A DNA stretch of 64,000 nt from Leucoraja ocellata (taxonomy: Eukaryota): assembly GCA_036785375.1 (NCBI GenBank), contig JAWMAR010000131.1, positions 4,402,001-4,466,000 of the forward strand, read 5' to 3'. Positions within the stretch are counted from its first letter, which is position 1, and each line of letters begins with the position of its first letter. The translations under genes were made by a program, and so were the position numbers. The notes below the pieces were generated by a model, which did no database searches, was not told where the DNA came from, and saw nothing but the letters and a program-made list of their open reading frames with translations. Shown here one piece after another: positions 34,900 through 48,857 of the stretch.

Positions 34900-35406
34900 T
34901 ATGTGTTGTGATTACTGTGTTTGGTATAAATAAAGTTACAAGATGGGTTTTAAACCAAAACATATTCATCTTTTTTTCTGATTTCATTTATACTGGGGAA
35001 AAATTCTGTCTGTCAGCATCAAGGTTGTATCTTAAACTGGTCACAATGTTGTGTTGAATTGTGAGTTTCTGCCAATCTGTCACTGGTTTAGAAAGTTAAA
35101 CAAACTAATTGTCTGAGATGTATTGGTACTAGGAAACATGCCTATCATTTTTAATATTTAATCTGCTGTGTAACTTTGGCAAAGAAAATAGTGTCTGTCT
35201 CAGCATTTTTCAAGTCTGTGGTATATCTGGTTCCTTGCAGTTGCAGAATGGCACATCCAAGTTGAAATTGTATTTCTGATAAAAAACTGTTTTCAACTGT
35301 TACTAAATCTTTACCATGTTGCCATTCTTGAAAGCGTCAGAACAAATGATAGTTGTTGGTTCTAAAAGGTACTGTCTGTTCCTTAGCAAGTTTTAGGCTT
35401 CCATGC

Positions 35407-35823
35407 AGGACTAGATTTACCGGCATCCTCGGTTCCAGAGGCTTTCTGGATCATTCCGTTTTGCCGGACCAACAGAGGTCGCGGTCTCCGAGGGGAGTCC
35501 AACGGTACCGTAGCGGTCCTCCTAGGCTGCCGGAGGGCCGAGATACTGGCCCGCAAAGTCAGCTACGGGAACGGGTCTGCTGGCTCTGGCCGGGCTGGAG
35601 TTACGGAGACCTGGTTGCAGGGGGATAATTCGACCCGCCGATTGGCCGCGGAAGTCGCAGTGAGGTCAAGATGCGTCGCCTCACCCGGCCTAGGCACCAC
35701 GTTTTCGAGGGGGGGGGGGGGGGGGGGGAGACGGGAGATTTCAAGTCTGCTCTTGTAATTTTGTCCAGGGTTAAAGGTGGTGCCAGACCACCAGTTGCTG
35801 GACAATCGGTGGTGGACCTACTG
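35407..35823. mobile_element. GC-rich probable DNA-transposon MITE (Tc1/mariner-like, decayed TIRs)
   Basis: Left GATTTACCGGCA versus right TGCTGGACAATC; ends ...ACCTACTG. No clear TSD. Confidence 0.35.
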
Positions 35824-35897
35824 AGACTTGCTGAAGATGAAGTATGGGCACCTCTGACTGCTTGTACGGCCAATGGACTTATCATTCAGCAGAGTTA

Positions 35898-36091
35898 TGC
35901 CCCTGTCCCACTTGGGAAACCTGAACGGAAACCTCTGGAGACTTTGCGCCCCACCCAAGGTTTCCGTACGGTTGCCGGAGGTTGCAGGTAATGGAAGCTG
36001 GTAGGGAGACTGGCAAAAACCTCCGGGAACCGCACGGAAACCTTGGGTGGGGCGCAAAGTCTCCAGAGGTTTCCTAAGTGGGACAGGGGCA
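35898..36091. mobile_element. Palindromic PIF/Harbinger-type MITE
   Basis: TIR TGCCCCTGTCCCACTT(G/A)GGAAACCT plus long internal inverted arms; flanks TTA/TTT. Confidence 0.8.
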
Positions 36092-36344
36092 TTTCAGCGC
36101 AATGACCTGCTTAGCAAAGATCTTGCGTCCACTCCAATTTACCGCTTGGGAAACCACAGTAATAACAATTGTCATATTCATTTGTATGGGGTCATCAACT
36201 CTGTGGAAATGTCTAAATGCTTTCTTCATTTAATTTTTCAAAGTGCTTTCATTAATATTTTCATGTGATGATTTTTGGATTATTTGCATTTTCAAATAGT
36301 ACTGACGAGCCGATGCTGGCCATCAAAGTGTTTTTAAATCTTGC

Positions 36345-37010
36345 GCTTACGAGGATGTTGCCAAGACCCGAGGGCCTGAACTATCGGGAAACATTTGATG
36401 GGCAAGGACTTTATTTGTCAGGGTACAGGAGGCCGAGGAGTGATCTCATTGAGGTGCATATAATCTTCAGCAGATAGATAGTGTTTAAGAAAGAACTGCA
36501 GATGCTGGAAAAATCGAAGGTAGTCACAAATGCTGGAGAAACTTAGCGGATGAGGCCGCATCTATGAGTCTGAAGAAGGGTCTCAAACCGAAACGTCACC
36601 TATTCCTTCGCTCCATGGATGCTGCCTCACCCGCTGAGTTTCTCCAGCAGTTTGTCTACTGCAGATAGATAGGGCGAATGCACAGTCTTTTACCCAGGAT
36701 GGGGGAATCCAGAACCAGCAGACATGGGTTTGAGATGAGGTGGGGGGGGGGGGGCATGATATACAGTAATAGGAACCTGAGAGGCAACTTGTTCTCTCAG
36801 TGTCGTGGGTGTATGGAGCGAGCTGCCAGAGGAGGTAGTCGAGGAAGGTACAACAATAGCATTTAAAAGACACTTGGACAGGTATGTGGATTGGAAAGGA
36901 TTAGAGGGACATGGGACACACACAGGCAAATGGGACGAGTTTAGATGGTGCCTCGTGGTCGGCATGGGCCGGAGGTTGGGCCGAAGGGCCTGTTCTGTGT
37001 GACTGACTCT
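36345..37010 (+). mobile_element. CR1 (HER1-like) 3' fragment with a PLE palindrome inserted (36482-36660)
   Basis: WSELPEEVVEEGTTIAFKRHLDRY. Insert TSD GCAGATAGATAG at 36470-36481 and 36661-36672. Confidence 0.8.
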
Positions 37011-38109
37011 GTCTCTGTCCCTGGGAAGGGGTCACGGAATATACTACTTGAGACCAGTTTGCTGCTCGAGTCCAATGTTCATGAAGTTACAGGAGCAGAA
37101 TTGGGCCATTTGGCCCATCAGGTCTACTCTCTCCATCTCTGTAATCATGGCTGATCTATCTCCCCCCCCCTCCACCCCTTTCTCCTGCCTTCTCCCCATA
37201 ACCTCAGTGCTTCTGAATTAAAGCAAGGTGCAACTGTGGCCATTAGGTGTTGAGTCGGGACAGTGCACATGATCCAGCTCGGTATTTTCTAAAGCAAACA
37301 AAATAATCACATGTAATTATTCCTATTGTGCTGGCAAATGCAAGAGTTTTTAATTATGCAAATTAATTTTAGTAGAAGCTTGACCCTTAACCTCGTCAGC
37401 ACAATTTTCTGATTGCAGTCTGCTGTGCAGGAATAAAGGCGAGAGACTGAGATAAAATGTTGGCCGCAAGTTTTCACTTTGCTTTTGAAAATTTTTGTTC
37501 TTTTTCTTAATCCTTTGTATCAGCCGTAATAATTCGGTAACATTTTTCATAATTTTATTGAGCACTGCGGTTCATAAGATTACAGCCACTTTACAGGAAA
37601 TTATTTCATTTCTAAGCCTAGTGAAGTAATTGATGCTGTAGGATCTTGCTAATTCAAATTTATCACAGAATAATGTCTTCCGTTTAAAGGTACAGCAGCA
37701 GTGAGTTTAACAGATTCACTGAAGTTCACGTTTGAGATAAATCCACTGGTTTTCCTTTGTTTAAGCCTGTGTTTGAATGTTGGACCGGGCATTCATTATC
37801 TTGAATGGGAATAATATCTTCAATGGAAGACAATTTGTAATTCTTGCTGGTTGCAGAAATATCATCAGTGGTAGGATCTCTCGAGTGGCTTTCAGCAGTG
37901 TGTGTGTGTCGGCCCAAGCTTTGCATTTAATGAAGAAGTAAGTCTCTACAAAGTTGGGGTTTAAATCTGCATCTCCCAGCTTTCAGAAAATTCCCAGTTC
38001 AGTCCCGAACAATCTATGCTTAATGCTTTCATATATGAAAGGATTATAAACCTTCTGGGTTCAGTGATTATACATGGCATCACCGGCCCGATGTTAATTG
38101 TCACGTTGT

Positions 38110-39002
38110 CGAGATCCCCAACCTTTCTCTCAATGTCGTCAAGACAAAGGAGATAATGGTGGACTTAAGGAAGCGTACGCCAGTTTGCATTGACGGTGCC
38201 GAAGGGGAGATGGTTGAAAACTTCATATTGCTAGGAGTCAATATCGCCAACAATTTGTCCTGGACCACCCATATTGAAGCAACGACCAAGAAAGCGCACC
38301 AACGCTACTCCCTCCTTGAAGGCTTTGGATAGCTGACCAGCGATCCCCACACATTAACACCACACCCACGACCTACAAACCTGCACGTCTTTTGAGTGTG
38401 GGAGGAAACCGAAGATCTCGGAGAAAACCCATGCAGGCCACAGGGAGAACGTACAAACTCCATACAGACGGCACCCGTTGTCGGGATCGAACCTGGGTCT
38501 CCGGTGCTGCAAGGGCTGTAAGGCAGCAACTCTACCGATTCGCCGCAGTGCCCGCCTTATTAACCCTTCTATTGACTCAATTTGTGCCTCAGCAAGGCCA
38601 GCAGCATAATCAAGGACGAGTCGCACCCTGGACACTTCCTCTTTTTCCTCTATCTCCCCCCCCCCTCTTTGCACACATCCAAATTCAGGGACCGTTTCTT
38701 CCCAGCTGTTATCAGGCAACAGAATCATCCTACCACAACCAGAGAGCAGTGCTGAACTACTGTCTCTCTCATTGGCGACCCTCGGATTTTCCTTGATCAG
38801 ACCTTGCTGGCATAACCTTGCATTAAACATTTCCTTTTGTATCTATACACTGTAATTCCTCGTATGTTGCAAAACATACTTGGCTAATAAGGTATGATTA
38901 ATGGCTCGATTGTAATCATGTATTGTCTTTCTGCTGACTGGATAGCACACAACAACACCTATTCATTGTACCTCGGTACACATGACAATAAATTAAACCA
39001 AA
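38110..39002 (+). mobile_element. Rex1-like LINE fragment with a minus-strand SINE inserted (~38333-38555)
   Basis: NLSLNVVKTKEIMVD...LGVNIANNLSWT...; 3' UTR ends GACAATAAA. Confidence 0.75.
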
Positions 39003-39019
39003 CTTATCACTGTTGCCCC

Positions 39020-39275
39020 GAGACATTATCACCTTCTCCACAGTAAACAATGGACCATTGTGGGCTCGACCTATCCTTGATCATCATTGCTGGCTTTGAT
39101 TTGTTCTCTGAACTTCATATCTCTGCTTTCCCTCTCCCCTGACTCTCGGTCTGAAGAAGGGTCTCGACACGAAACGTCACCTATTCCTTTTTGCCAGAGA
39201 TGCTGCCTGACCCACTGAGTTACTCCAGCATTTCGCGTCTATCTTCGGTGTCATCCAGCAGTTCCTTCCTACACA
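39020..39275 (+). mobile_element. PLE 3' pLTR fragment with hammerhead motif (39148-39181)
   Basis: GGT-CTGAAGA-A-GGGTCTCGACAC-GAAAC-GTC-ACC; ends CAGTTCCTTCCTACAC. Confidence 0.8.
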
Positions 39276-41075
39276 CTTGGGATGTGTTTTTCATAATGTA
39301 TCCTGATGCCTGTTTTCACCTTGGTGCCATTGTTCATGGCAAAGCACCTGGTTAAAGGCTGTTCTTGTTATGTTCAAAGTAACAAGATGCTTAAAGTATA
39401 TAAATCCTGGAAACTGTGGAATATAAACTCTAACCCCATTCCATTCGAAGATTAACATTGTTTGTGACACAACCTTCTGCGGCACCTGCACTTTTTATTG
39501 AAACCTGCCCATCTCCTCACTTGTCTTGTCTCTCGCCCTGAACTTTCCCAATCATTCTAGCCCCCACGATGGAATTATCTCTGGAAAATATCTTCAAATA
39601 GACACATGGATATGGATGACCAGCTTCCCAGCTGTTATCAGGCATCTGAACCATTATGTCAACAAATAGAGAGCAATCCTGAGCCACTATCTGAAGGAGG
39701 GTCTCGACCCGAGATGTCACCCGTACCCTCTCTCCAGAGATGCTGCCTGTCTCGCTGAGGTACTCCAGCTGTTTGTGTCTATCTTCGGTTTAAACCAACA
39801 TCTGCAGTTCCTTCCTACACTACCATCTACCTAATTGGAGATTCTTAGACTTTACTGGACTTTATCTTGCACTAAACATTATTCCCTTTATCGTGTATCT
39901 GTAAACTGTGGGTGGCTCGATTGTAATTGTGTGTTGTCTTTCTGCTGACTGGTTAGCACGCAACAAAAGCTTTTCACTGTACGTCTGTACAGGTGACAGA
40001 CTCCAATGTGAGGCAGAGGGGATTAAACATTCGACTTTAGAGAAACAGCAAGGAAACTGGTCCTTCAGCACACCGTGTCCACGCTTACACTGACACTATC
40101 TTTCCTATACGCTAGGGACAATTTAGAATTCTACCAATGCCAATTAATGTAAAAAGCTGTATGTCTTTGGAGTGTTGGAGGAAAACGGCATTTGGGGAAA
40201 ACCAATGTGGTCACAGGGAGAACGTACAAACTCCGTACAACTGTACTGCTGCGCCACTGTGCTGCCCTTGTTTAACCTGGCACTATTTTTGGCACGGACA
40301 TTGAGCTGAATGGCCTGTCCCTGTCATGTTCCAGTGTTCTAGTGTTGCATCAAACGGCTGCAATGGTGAATTTCTCCACTTTCAAAAATGCCTTCAAACA
40401 ATATTTTTCAACATCTCTTGTGATCTACATCATGTAAAATCTCTTCAGGGCTAGGGCCTGTAAGACGAGAATAAGGACTGGGCCCTGAGGGATGGAGATG
40501 AGGAAATACTTCACACAGAGTGGTGAACATTTGATTTTTTTTTTTTTTTTTTTTTTTTTCCCTTTCTCCTTTCAAAGCTATATTTTTGAGCTACAGCCTG
40601 GAAATGCCCTTTGGCCCACTGAGTCCAAGCTGAACATTAATCAGCCGTTCACCCCAGTTCTATGCTATCCCACTTTTTCGTCTATTCCTCACACACCAAG
40701 AGTAATTTTACACCGGTCAATTGTGCTATGAGCCCGCACATCTTTGGGACACGGGAAGAGAGTGGGGCACTTAGAGGAAGACCGTGCGGCTGGCTGCAGG
40801 GAGAACGTGAAAATCTGACCGAGGTCAGGATCAAGCTCTGGTCTCCCCCCAACTATATTGGTGATACCAGGAACTGCTGATGCTGGAATGTTGAGTGAAA
40901 CGCAGTGTGCTGGAATAAACTCCGCAGGCCAGGCAGCGTCTATGGAGGGAATTGGCAAGGCAACGTTTCGGGTTGCAACCTTTCTTCAGACTGATTGTTG
41001 GGAGAGGAGAAAGCTGCAAAAGCAAGGGATAAAGCATGGATGCAGGCGATGGCGGTGAATGGAAATGAGGAACTC

Positions 41076-41725
41076 TGGCACAGCAGTAGAGATGCTGCCT
41101 TAAGGGCCTGCCCCACGAGCATGCGACTGCATACGGCAAGTGCGACCAAACTGGAAGCGGGGACTGCGTGGAGGTCGAGTGATTGACGTGAAGTTTGAGC
41201 GAAGTCCGCGTTCAAGAAAAGGTACGCTGTCAAGATGCTGCGCACGCCCGTCGAGGCGGTGCGTACGGCGTCGAGGCGACTGCGGGCCGGCAGGCCATTG
41301 CCGCGTGGAATTTTTGAACACTGTCAGTTTTTTGGAGCCCCGCGCAATGTCAGGACCAGCTCTGCACAACTCCATACGACTCCGGCGATCGAAGTGGGAC
41401 CGGCCCCGCGATGCCGTACAGCTCAAGTGACCACGTTAGGTCGCGCTTGCTGCATGCAGTCGCATGCTCGTGGGACAGGCCCTTTACAGTGCCAGAGACC
41501 CGCGTCCTCGGGTGCTTTCTGTACAGAGTATGTACGTTCCCTGTGACTGTGTGGGTTTTCTCCGGGTGCTCCGGTTTCCTCCCACATTCCAAAGACAAGG
41601 AGGTTTGCAAGCTTCTGCAAATTGTCCCTAGTGTGTGGGTTGAACTAGTGTACAGATGATCGCTGGTTAGAGCTGACTGGGCCGAAGTGCCTGTTTCCAC
41701 GCTGTATCTCGAAACTGAACTAGAC
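41076..41725 (+). mobile_element. SINE interrupted by a Harbinger MITE
   Basis: The SINE head ...GCTGCCTTA|CAG... is split at TTA. Confidence 0.8.
41103..41483. mobile_element. PIF/Harbinger-type MITE
   Basis: TIR AGGGCCTG(C/T)CCCACGAGCATGCGACTGCAT...; perfect TTA TSD at 41100-41102 and 41484-41486. Confidence 0.9.
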
Positions 41726-42017
41726 TATAGAGCAATACGAGGTGGTGGAAAAAATAGCTGCAGGTGAGGTGTGGGAGGAGGGAAGCAGAAAAGAGAGAGG
41801 AGGTAGAGGGTTATTGCTTGACATTGGAGACTTCAATGCTGATACTGATGGATGGAAGCGTATGAATTATAACTGTCATCTATCTTGGTGTTGGTTTAGT
41901 CTTGTCCTGTGTATAGAGATACAGTGGGGGAAAACTAATGTGTGCGCTATTCAGACATACCATACCAGAGGACATCAGAAGGTACAGAAGAGAAAATATA
42001 TTTAGTACAAAATATAT

Positions 42018-42248
42018 TTCAATTCAAACTTTATTGTCATTGTGCAGTGTACAGTACAGAGACAACAAAATGCAGTTAGCATCTCCCTTGAAGGGTGACA
42101 TAGAATTTGAGCCAATGAAAAAATATATTTACGTGCATACAGTCGTAGTAATGCATTTTTTCCTGTTGTCCGGTGGGGGTGGGGAGGGGGGAGTGGGTGG
42201 GTGACTGGCAATCACCGAGGTACAGTGTTAAGTATTGTAACAGCCGCA
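42018..42248 (-). mobile_element. Rex1 3' end, same subfamily as 12418-13211
   Basis: Near-identical TTCAAACTTTATTGTCATTGTGCAGTGTACAGTACAGAGACAAC. Confidence 0.8.
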
Positions 42249-42265
42249 GATTATGTAATAACTAG

Positions 42266-42476
42266 TGTAGGAAAGAACTGCAGATACTGGTTTCAATCGA
42301 AGATAGACACGAAATTCTGGAGTAACTCAGTGAGACAGGCAGCATCTGTGGAGAGAAGGAATTGGCGATGTTTCGGGTCGTCCGAAAAGGGATCTCGACC
42401 CGAAACGTCACCATTCCTTCTCTCCAGTGATGCTGCCTTTCCCACTGAGTTACTCCAGCATTTTGTGTCTACCTTA
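42266..42476. mobile_element. Palindromic PLE mini-element
   Basis: Inverted arms; ~14-bp TSD ending TAACTAG (42252-42265, 42477-42490, 2 mismatches). Confidence 0.8.
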
Positions 42477-43079
42477 TATTTAGTAACTAGATATATTTAA
42501 TGCCTGGTACAGTAGTAACATTCCTCCATGTACAGGCAGTTATAAATCTCACAAGCATTGCTATGTATATAAGCTTGGATTTTATAGGTGTAAGTGATAT
42601 AAATGCTTTCTCAAGATTACAATATCTGAGAATCGAAATATTTTTGTTCATTGGTAATATTATAGTCGGAAAATATTTATTTCTGAAGGTAAAAAAAATG
42701 AGTTGCAGCATTTCAGTGTTGGTTTCTATTGGATGCCTGTCATGGCTTAGAGATGTCACATCTGCTGCTAATTAATGCAGCAACCTATTTGAGGAGCCAA
42801 AAAGACCTTTTTTTGCTGGGAATTGCAGGCTTGTTCTTTTGCAGTGGGAAATGTTATGAAAGTGAGCAGTGTACTGTCTGTGAAAATGCACCAAGCCACG
42901 GCCTGAGAGTGTTTTAGGGGCATGGATGAATGAAAAAATAAATCCATCTAAAGCTTCCGTTCGGTTTGCGCTGCAGAGCACCCATGTTTTGCGAATTAAA
43001 TTGCAGGATTCGTGGGAGAAATTCGCCAACGCTTCCCCGAGTCTATGACTTGTGCGGTGCAGCAGCGAACATGAGTGTC

Positions 43080-43536
43080 ACACAGTGGGGCAGCGGGTAG
43101 AGCTGCTGCCTCATTACGCCAGGGACCCGGGTTCGATCCTGACCTCGGATGCTGTCTTTGTGGAGTTTGCATATTCTCCCTGTGACCGCATGAGTTTCCT
43201 ACGGGTGCCCTGATTTCCTCTCGCATCCCGAAGACGTGTGGGTTTAGCAGGTCAAATGTCCTCTGTAAAGTGGCCATTGGAGTTTAGTTTAGTGATATAG
43301 CTCGGAAATGGGTCCTGCAGCCCGCCGAGTCTGCGCCGACCAGCAATCCCCGCACACTAATGCCATTCTACACACACGCACGTCTTTGGCGTGTTGAAGG
43401 AAACCGAAGGTCTCGGAAGAAACCCCTGCAGGTCACTGGGAGAACGTGCAAACTCTGCTCAGTCAGCACCCGTAGTCGGGATCGAACTTGAGTCTCTGGC
43501 GCTGTAAGGCAGCAATTTTACCGCTGTGCCACCGTG
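43080..43536. mobile_element. Tail-to-tail inverted SINE pair
   Basis: Plus-strand copy ~43080-43275, minus-strand copy ~43280-43536. Confidence 0.75.
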
Positions 43537-43879
43537 CAGAAACACATGTGGGTGGGACAGCTTTAATTAATTAGCGTCAGATTCCAGATGGTCGTGGGCA
43601 ATTTCTATGCCTTGATGAAGTATTTATGATTTAAAGGAAACAATTTATGAATGTTTAAAGTACATTCATGGTTATGAGGTTCTGTGGGTCAAATAATTTC
43701 AGTTTTATTACAATGAACTGACTGGAAATTAGTGATTAGTCTATTCATTTGTTAAATGAAGCGTACCGGATCTCAAATTATTCCACTTGCTACTTGCAAA
43801 ACTCAAGGATGATATGAATGAAGGATCTGTTTATCATCGATTACATTGTCACATATCCATGGGGATTGTTCTTGCTTAG

Positions 43880-44792
43880 TGTTTAGTTTGGAGGCCAACC
43901 GGGTCTGTGTCGACCAGTGATCCCCGTACACTAACACTATCGTACACACACTAGGGACAACTTTACCAAGCCAATTAGCCTACAAACCGTGGAGAGCGCG
44001 AGGAAACTGGATATACCAGAGAAACCCCGCACGGGTCACAGGGAGAACGTACAGACAAGCTCGCGTAGTCAGGATCGAACCTAGGTCTCTGGCGCTGGAA
44101 GGCAGCAACTCTACCGCTGCACCACCGTGCTGCTCCAGCTCCCAACAAATCTTAACTCCAAATAGGTGGAAGGAACAAATATCCACATTTCTGCTGTTAA
44201 AACAAGGAACTACAGCTGCTGGTTTACACAATGTGCTGAGTTACTTAATGTATCAGGCAGCATCCCTGGAGAACATGGATAGGTTTGGGTAGGACCCTTC
44301 GGAATGAATCGAGGTCCTGACTTGCAACATCACCTATCCACGTTCTCCAGAGATGCTGCCTGTGCCGCTGAGTTACTCCTGCATTGTATGTCATGCTTTA
44401 TCTGCTGTTACTTTAGTTTAGTGATACAGCAGGGAAACTGACTCTTTGGCCCACCTTGTCCACTCTGACCAATGATCACCCGTTCTTAAGATATACGCAA
44501 AATGCTGGAGTAACTCAGCGGGACAGGCAGCATCTGCGGAGAGAAGGAATGGGCGACGTTTTGGGCCGAGACCCTTCTTCGGATGTTCTACCCTATGCAC
44601 TAGGGGCAATTTACTGAAGCCAATTCACCTACAAACCTGCACGTCTTTGGAGCCTTGGAGGAATCTGGAGCACCCAGAGAAAAACCATGTGGTCACCTGA
44701 AAAACCTACGAACTATGTATACCCTGCACCTGTAGTCGGGATCGAACCCAGGTCTGTGATGCTGTAAGGCAGCAGCTCTACCACTGTGCCAT
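43880..44792. mobile_element. Cluster: SINE (-), PLE palindrome, SINE (-) with PLE arm
   Basis: Same family motifs as elsewhere in the window. Confidence 0.7.
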
Positions 44793-45193
44793 CCAGGGAA
44801 TCAATGCTGAGACTCAACTCTAAATAACTAATGAACATGGACTACAAAAGTCTACTCTAATAATCACCATAAAATTCCACGAGTGCCTATTACAAGTTTT
44901 AATCTTGGCCAATGTTTTGAAAGTGCAAAATTTATTGGCATGCTAGATCATATTGTAAAATTCATTCATTGACATCCAGGTCTTGTGTATATCTATATTT
45001 TTAAACGGTTAACCACATGCTATGTTAACTGACAGGAACTTTTAATCTCATCATCCCCACTCCCTTTTGGGTGGGAAGCAACCCTAGTGCAAGTTCATCT
45101 TTATGTGGGTCACTGACTGATTCCTTTCCCACTGTGTTCTCTTTGGGGGATTCTCCATCTAGCCTGAAACACTCTCGCTGTAAGAAGCCAAAG

Positions 45194-45230
<37 letters not shown>

Positions 45231-45909
45231 TGAAATGAGACTGATCCTTGGCACTTCAGTTTTATTTTAGTTGCATTAACTTTCGAAGGGGTTAGGCTTC
45301 CCCAATGGGAAATCTCGAAGGCGGAAAAAAATGACCCTAAAAATATATATTTTTAAAAAAAGCTAAGCTTTGAGTCGTAGAGCATGGAGGACGAGAGACT
45401 GGGGAGAGGATGCAGAGGTTAGTAGCTGTGAGCAGTTTGACCATGCACACTGGAGTATCTTTGTAGAAAGTAGATTGGGGAGCGATGTGCCTTTCATATA
45501 ATGTATATAAATGCAATAAATAGCCGGAGGCTGCTTAAACATGCTTTAACAATTTAAATGTCATAATGGGCCACACAAGAATGAATGATTTGTCAAAGCA
45601 GTAAGGTTTTTAAGTAGCACATTAGGGGAGTCTGGTGCAGAGATATGGCGAGGAAATTGTTATTTTAGATCCAGCAGAGGAATCTATAGCTGCCAGTGGT
45701 GGAGTAATTAAAATTAGTAATGTACTGGAAGTTTGATTTAGCGGAACTTGGGTATTGGGAAGATTGTAAGAAGTTGGAATGATTTCAATTGCATACTTAG
45801 TTGAGATCTTTACAGTCTGTCTAAAGTGTCCCATTTCAAACCTCCGCCCCTCACAACCTCTGTCCCCTGACAAAATCAATCACTTGGCTGCTATCAAGTC
45901 ATTTCTTGC

Positions 45910-46827
45910 ATCATAGTTATACAGCATAGAAACGGGCCCTTCGGCCCAACTTGCCCATACCGACCACGATGCCACATCTATACTAGTCCCAACTGTCTGC
46001 ATTTGCACCATTTGCCCCTAAGCCTTTCCTATCCATGTACCTGTCCAAATATCTTTGCAATGTTGTTATTGTACCTGCCCCAACTAACCCCTCGGGCAGT
46101 TTGTTCCATATCCCCACACTCTCTGTGGAAAACCTTGCCCCTCTGGTTTCTATTAAAACTTTCCCTTCTCACCTTAAACCTATGTCCCCTGGTTCTAGAT
46201 TTCCCAACTCTGGGTGAAAGGCTCTGTGTATATACCCTATCTATACCATCAGTAAGGTAGCGCAGCAGTAAGTTGCTGCCTTACAGCGCCAGAGACCCGG
46301 GTTAATTCCTGACTATGAAAAACATTTTTCACACAGTGTTGAATCTCTGGAATTCTCTGCCACAGAAGGTAGTTGGCTATATTTAACGGAGTTAGATGTG
46401 GCCCTTGTGGCTTAAGGGATCATGGGGTATGGAGAGAAGGCAGGTACAGGATACTGAGTTGGATGATCAGCCATGATCATATTGAATGGCGGTGCAGGCT
46501 CGAAGGGCCGAATGGCCTACTCCTGCACCTATTTTCTATGTTTCTATGGGTGCGGTCTGAATGGAAACGTGCCCTTTGGCCCACCGAGTCCACACTGACC
46601 ATCGATGACCCGCTCACATTAGTTCTATGTTATCTCATTATTCCCAACACAATTGATAGGGGCCAATTAACGTACAAACCTTGGCTTTGGGATGTGGGAA
46701 CAAATCCGGAAAAAACCCACCCGCTCACGGGGAGAACGTGCAAGCTCCGCATAGACAGCACCCGAGGTCAAGATCGAACCCGGGTCTCTGGCGCTGAGAG
46801 GCAGCAGTTCTACCAGCTGCACCGCTG
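45910..46827. mobile_element. Cluster: CR1/HER1-like (-), SINE head, CR1 tail (+), SINE (-)
   Basis: Same family motifs as elsewhere in the window. Confidence 0.7.
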
Positions 46828-47603
46828 CTGACATATTCTTCTCTGCCAACTACTTGGGAATTGCATGGCGCACATATAATTTTTTTTAATGAATAGATAT
46901 GCAGAATATATCAATTTGAAGTTTTATGTAATTGCATTAAAATGCAGCTCTTTAGCAATATTTTATTTTGCCAAGCTAATTAGAAATGACTATTTTGCGA
47001 TATTTCATGGCGCTGCAGTCTTGAGCAGAACAAACAAAAATATGCTTGTCTTCATCCTTATTAATCATATGTTTTGTGATGTTTCCGTTGGTATTACAGC
47101 TGGTATTTTTCAGAAGCCAAATGCAGGGAGTCTTCAAGCAGATTGCTGAGCTTACACATAGGTAGTTTTTTTTTTTCTCTCAGTGATTTTAGGGGATTTT
47201 TGCTGATGAAATGCTTATTTCCACAATTCAACAGATCTCTGTTCCCTTGGGAGCGAACCGTCCTCCGAAACAGATTGGCACGGGTCTTCTGACAGTTATC
47301 CGAGCAATATAGTGAATGCTAATTAGAGGCATAACGCGTATTATTTCTCCCCTCTCTCCGGTTGACTCCAGAGTAAAAAGGAAGAAGGGCAAAAAAAAAA
47401 AATTGGAGGGCACTTGTTATACGGGGAGCTCTGTGTTAGTAAGCAGCCAGAGGTGGATGATGCCTGATTGTAAGATATCGCTGATTGCACGACTGCAAAA
47501 CTAAAAAGGAACTGCTGAAATAATGAGAAACCATGGCATGGCACAGAACAGATGCTGACTAAGATCAACTAACTGAGGCGATTACATCACACACACACTT
47601 CAT

Positions 47604-48857
47604 AAGTGGTTTACCTGTACAACTCGCATACTATCCTTTGGCAGGCATTCTTCCTTAAATACACCACAGTTGCATGGCCATTCTTCATAAGTGATAGGAG
47701 CAGAATTAGGCCTACTCGGCCCATCGTTCAATCATGGCTGATCTATCTTTCCCTCTCAACATCATTCTCCTGCCTTCTTCCCACATCCCCAGACACCCAC
47801 TGACTTGGCGTCCGCAACCTTCTGAGGCAATGAATTCCACAGATTCACTACCCTCTGACTAAAGACATCCCTCCTCCTCCTCCTCTCTTTCCGAAAGGAA
47901 TGTCATTTAATTCCTTCGGATCATTCCCGTAAAACTCCTCTGGACCCTCTCCATCGCCAGCACATCCGTAGAAATGGGGCCCAAAATTGATCACAATACT
48001 CCAAGTGCGGTCTGACCAGCGCCTTGTAGAGCCTGAGCATTATGTCCCTGTGTCTGTGAACAACTAATAACTAGGAACTGCAGTTGCTGGTTTACCAAGG
48101 AAAGACGCACAATATTGGAGTGACTCAACAGACGGGTCAGACGGCACCAATTAATAGTCAATTAAAAAAAAAAAAACATGTAACAATATCTCGGATAAAG
48201 TAGGACTGAGAGATTTAGTTCCATTTGTAAAAACAATGAACTGCAGATGCTGGTTTACAAAGAAAATCACAGCGCTGGAGCGACTCAACGGGTCAGGCAG
48301 CATCTCTGGAGAGCATGGATGACGTTTCGGGTCGGGAGCCTTCTTCAGACTGATGGCAGTGGAGGGGTGGGAAAGAAAGCAGGACGAGGGGATGGGGCAG
48401 GACGGAGAATGGCCCATCAAAGGTCTCTCACAACTCCCCCCAGAGAGAGAGAAAGGAGAACTTCATCAAAGTAGGTACACCTTGAATAGATTTCACGTTG
48501 GAGCAGTCAAAATATAGTAAATAAGGAACTGCAGGTGCTGGTTTACCTAAGAAAGACACAAATCCCTCCACCCACCCCGCTCTGTCCCGCCCCTATTCCA
48601 GCTTTCTTTCCCGCCCAATCCCCTCCCCTCTTGATTAGTACGGGTGTCGGGTTATGGGGAGAAGGCAGGAGAATGGGGTTAGGAAGGAGAGATGGATCAG
48701 CCATGATTGAATGGCGGAGTGGGCCGAATGGCCTAATTCTCCTCCTTTCTTTATGAACTTATGAAGAATGACCATTGTAACTGTGGTGTATTTGAGGAAG
48801 AAGGCTTGCCAAAGAGGGACAGCAGTGGAGTACACGAGTTGTACAAATAAACCACTT
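47604..48857. repeat. Inverted duplication (arms ~47604-47800 and ~48637-48857)
   Basis: A non-repeat segment plus its CR1 junction is present on both strands; both translate LWQAFFLKYTTV. Confidence 0.8.

Noticed and set aside
45196-45228. Long poly-T as a processed-pseudogene tail
   Set aside because: No TSD, polyadenylation signal or coding sequence adjacent; treated as a simple homopolymer.
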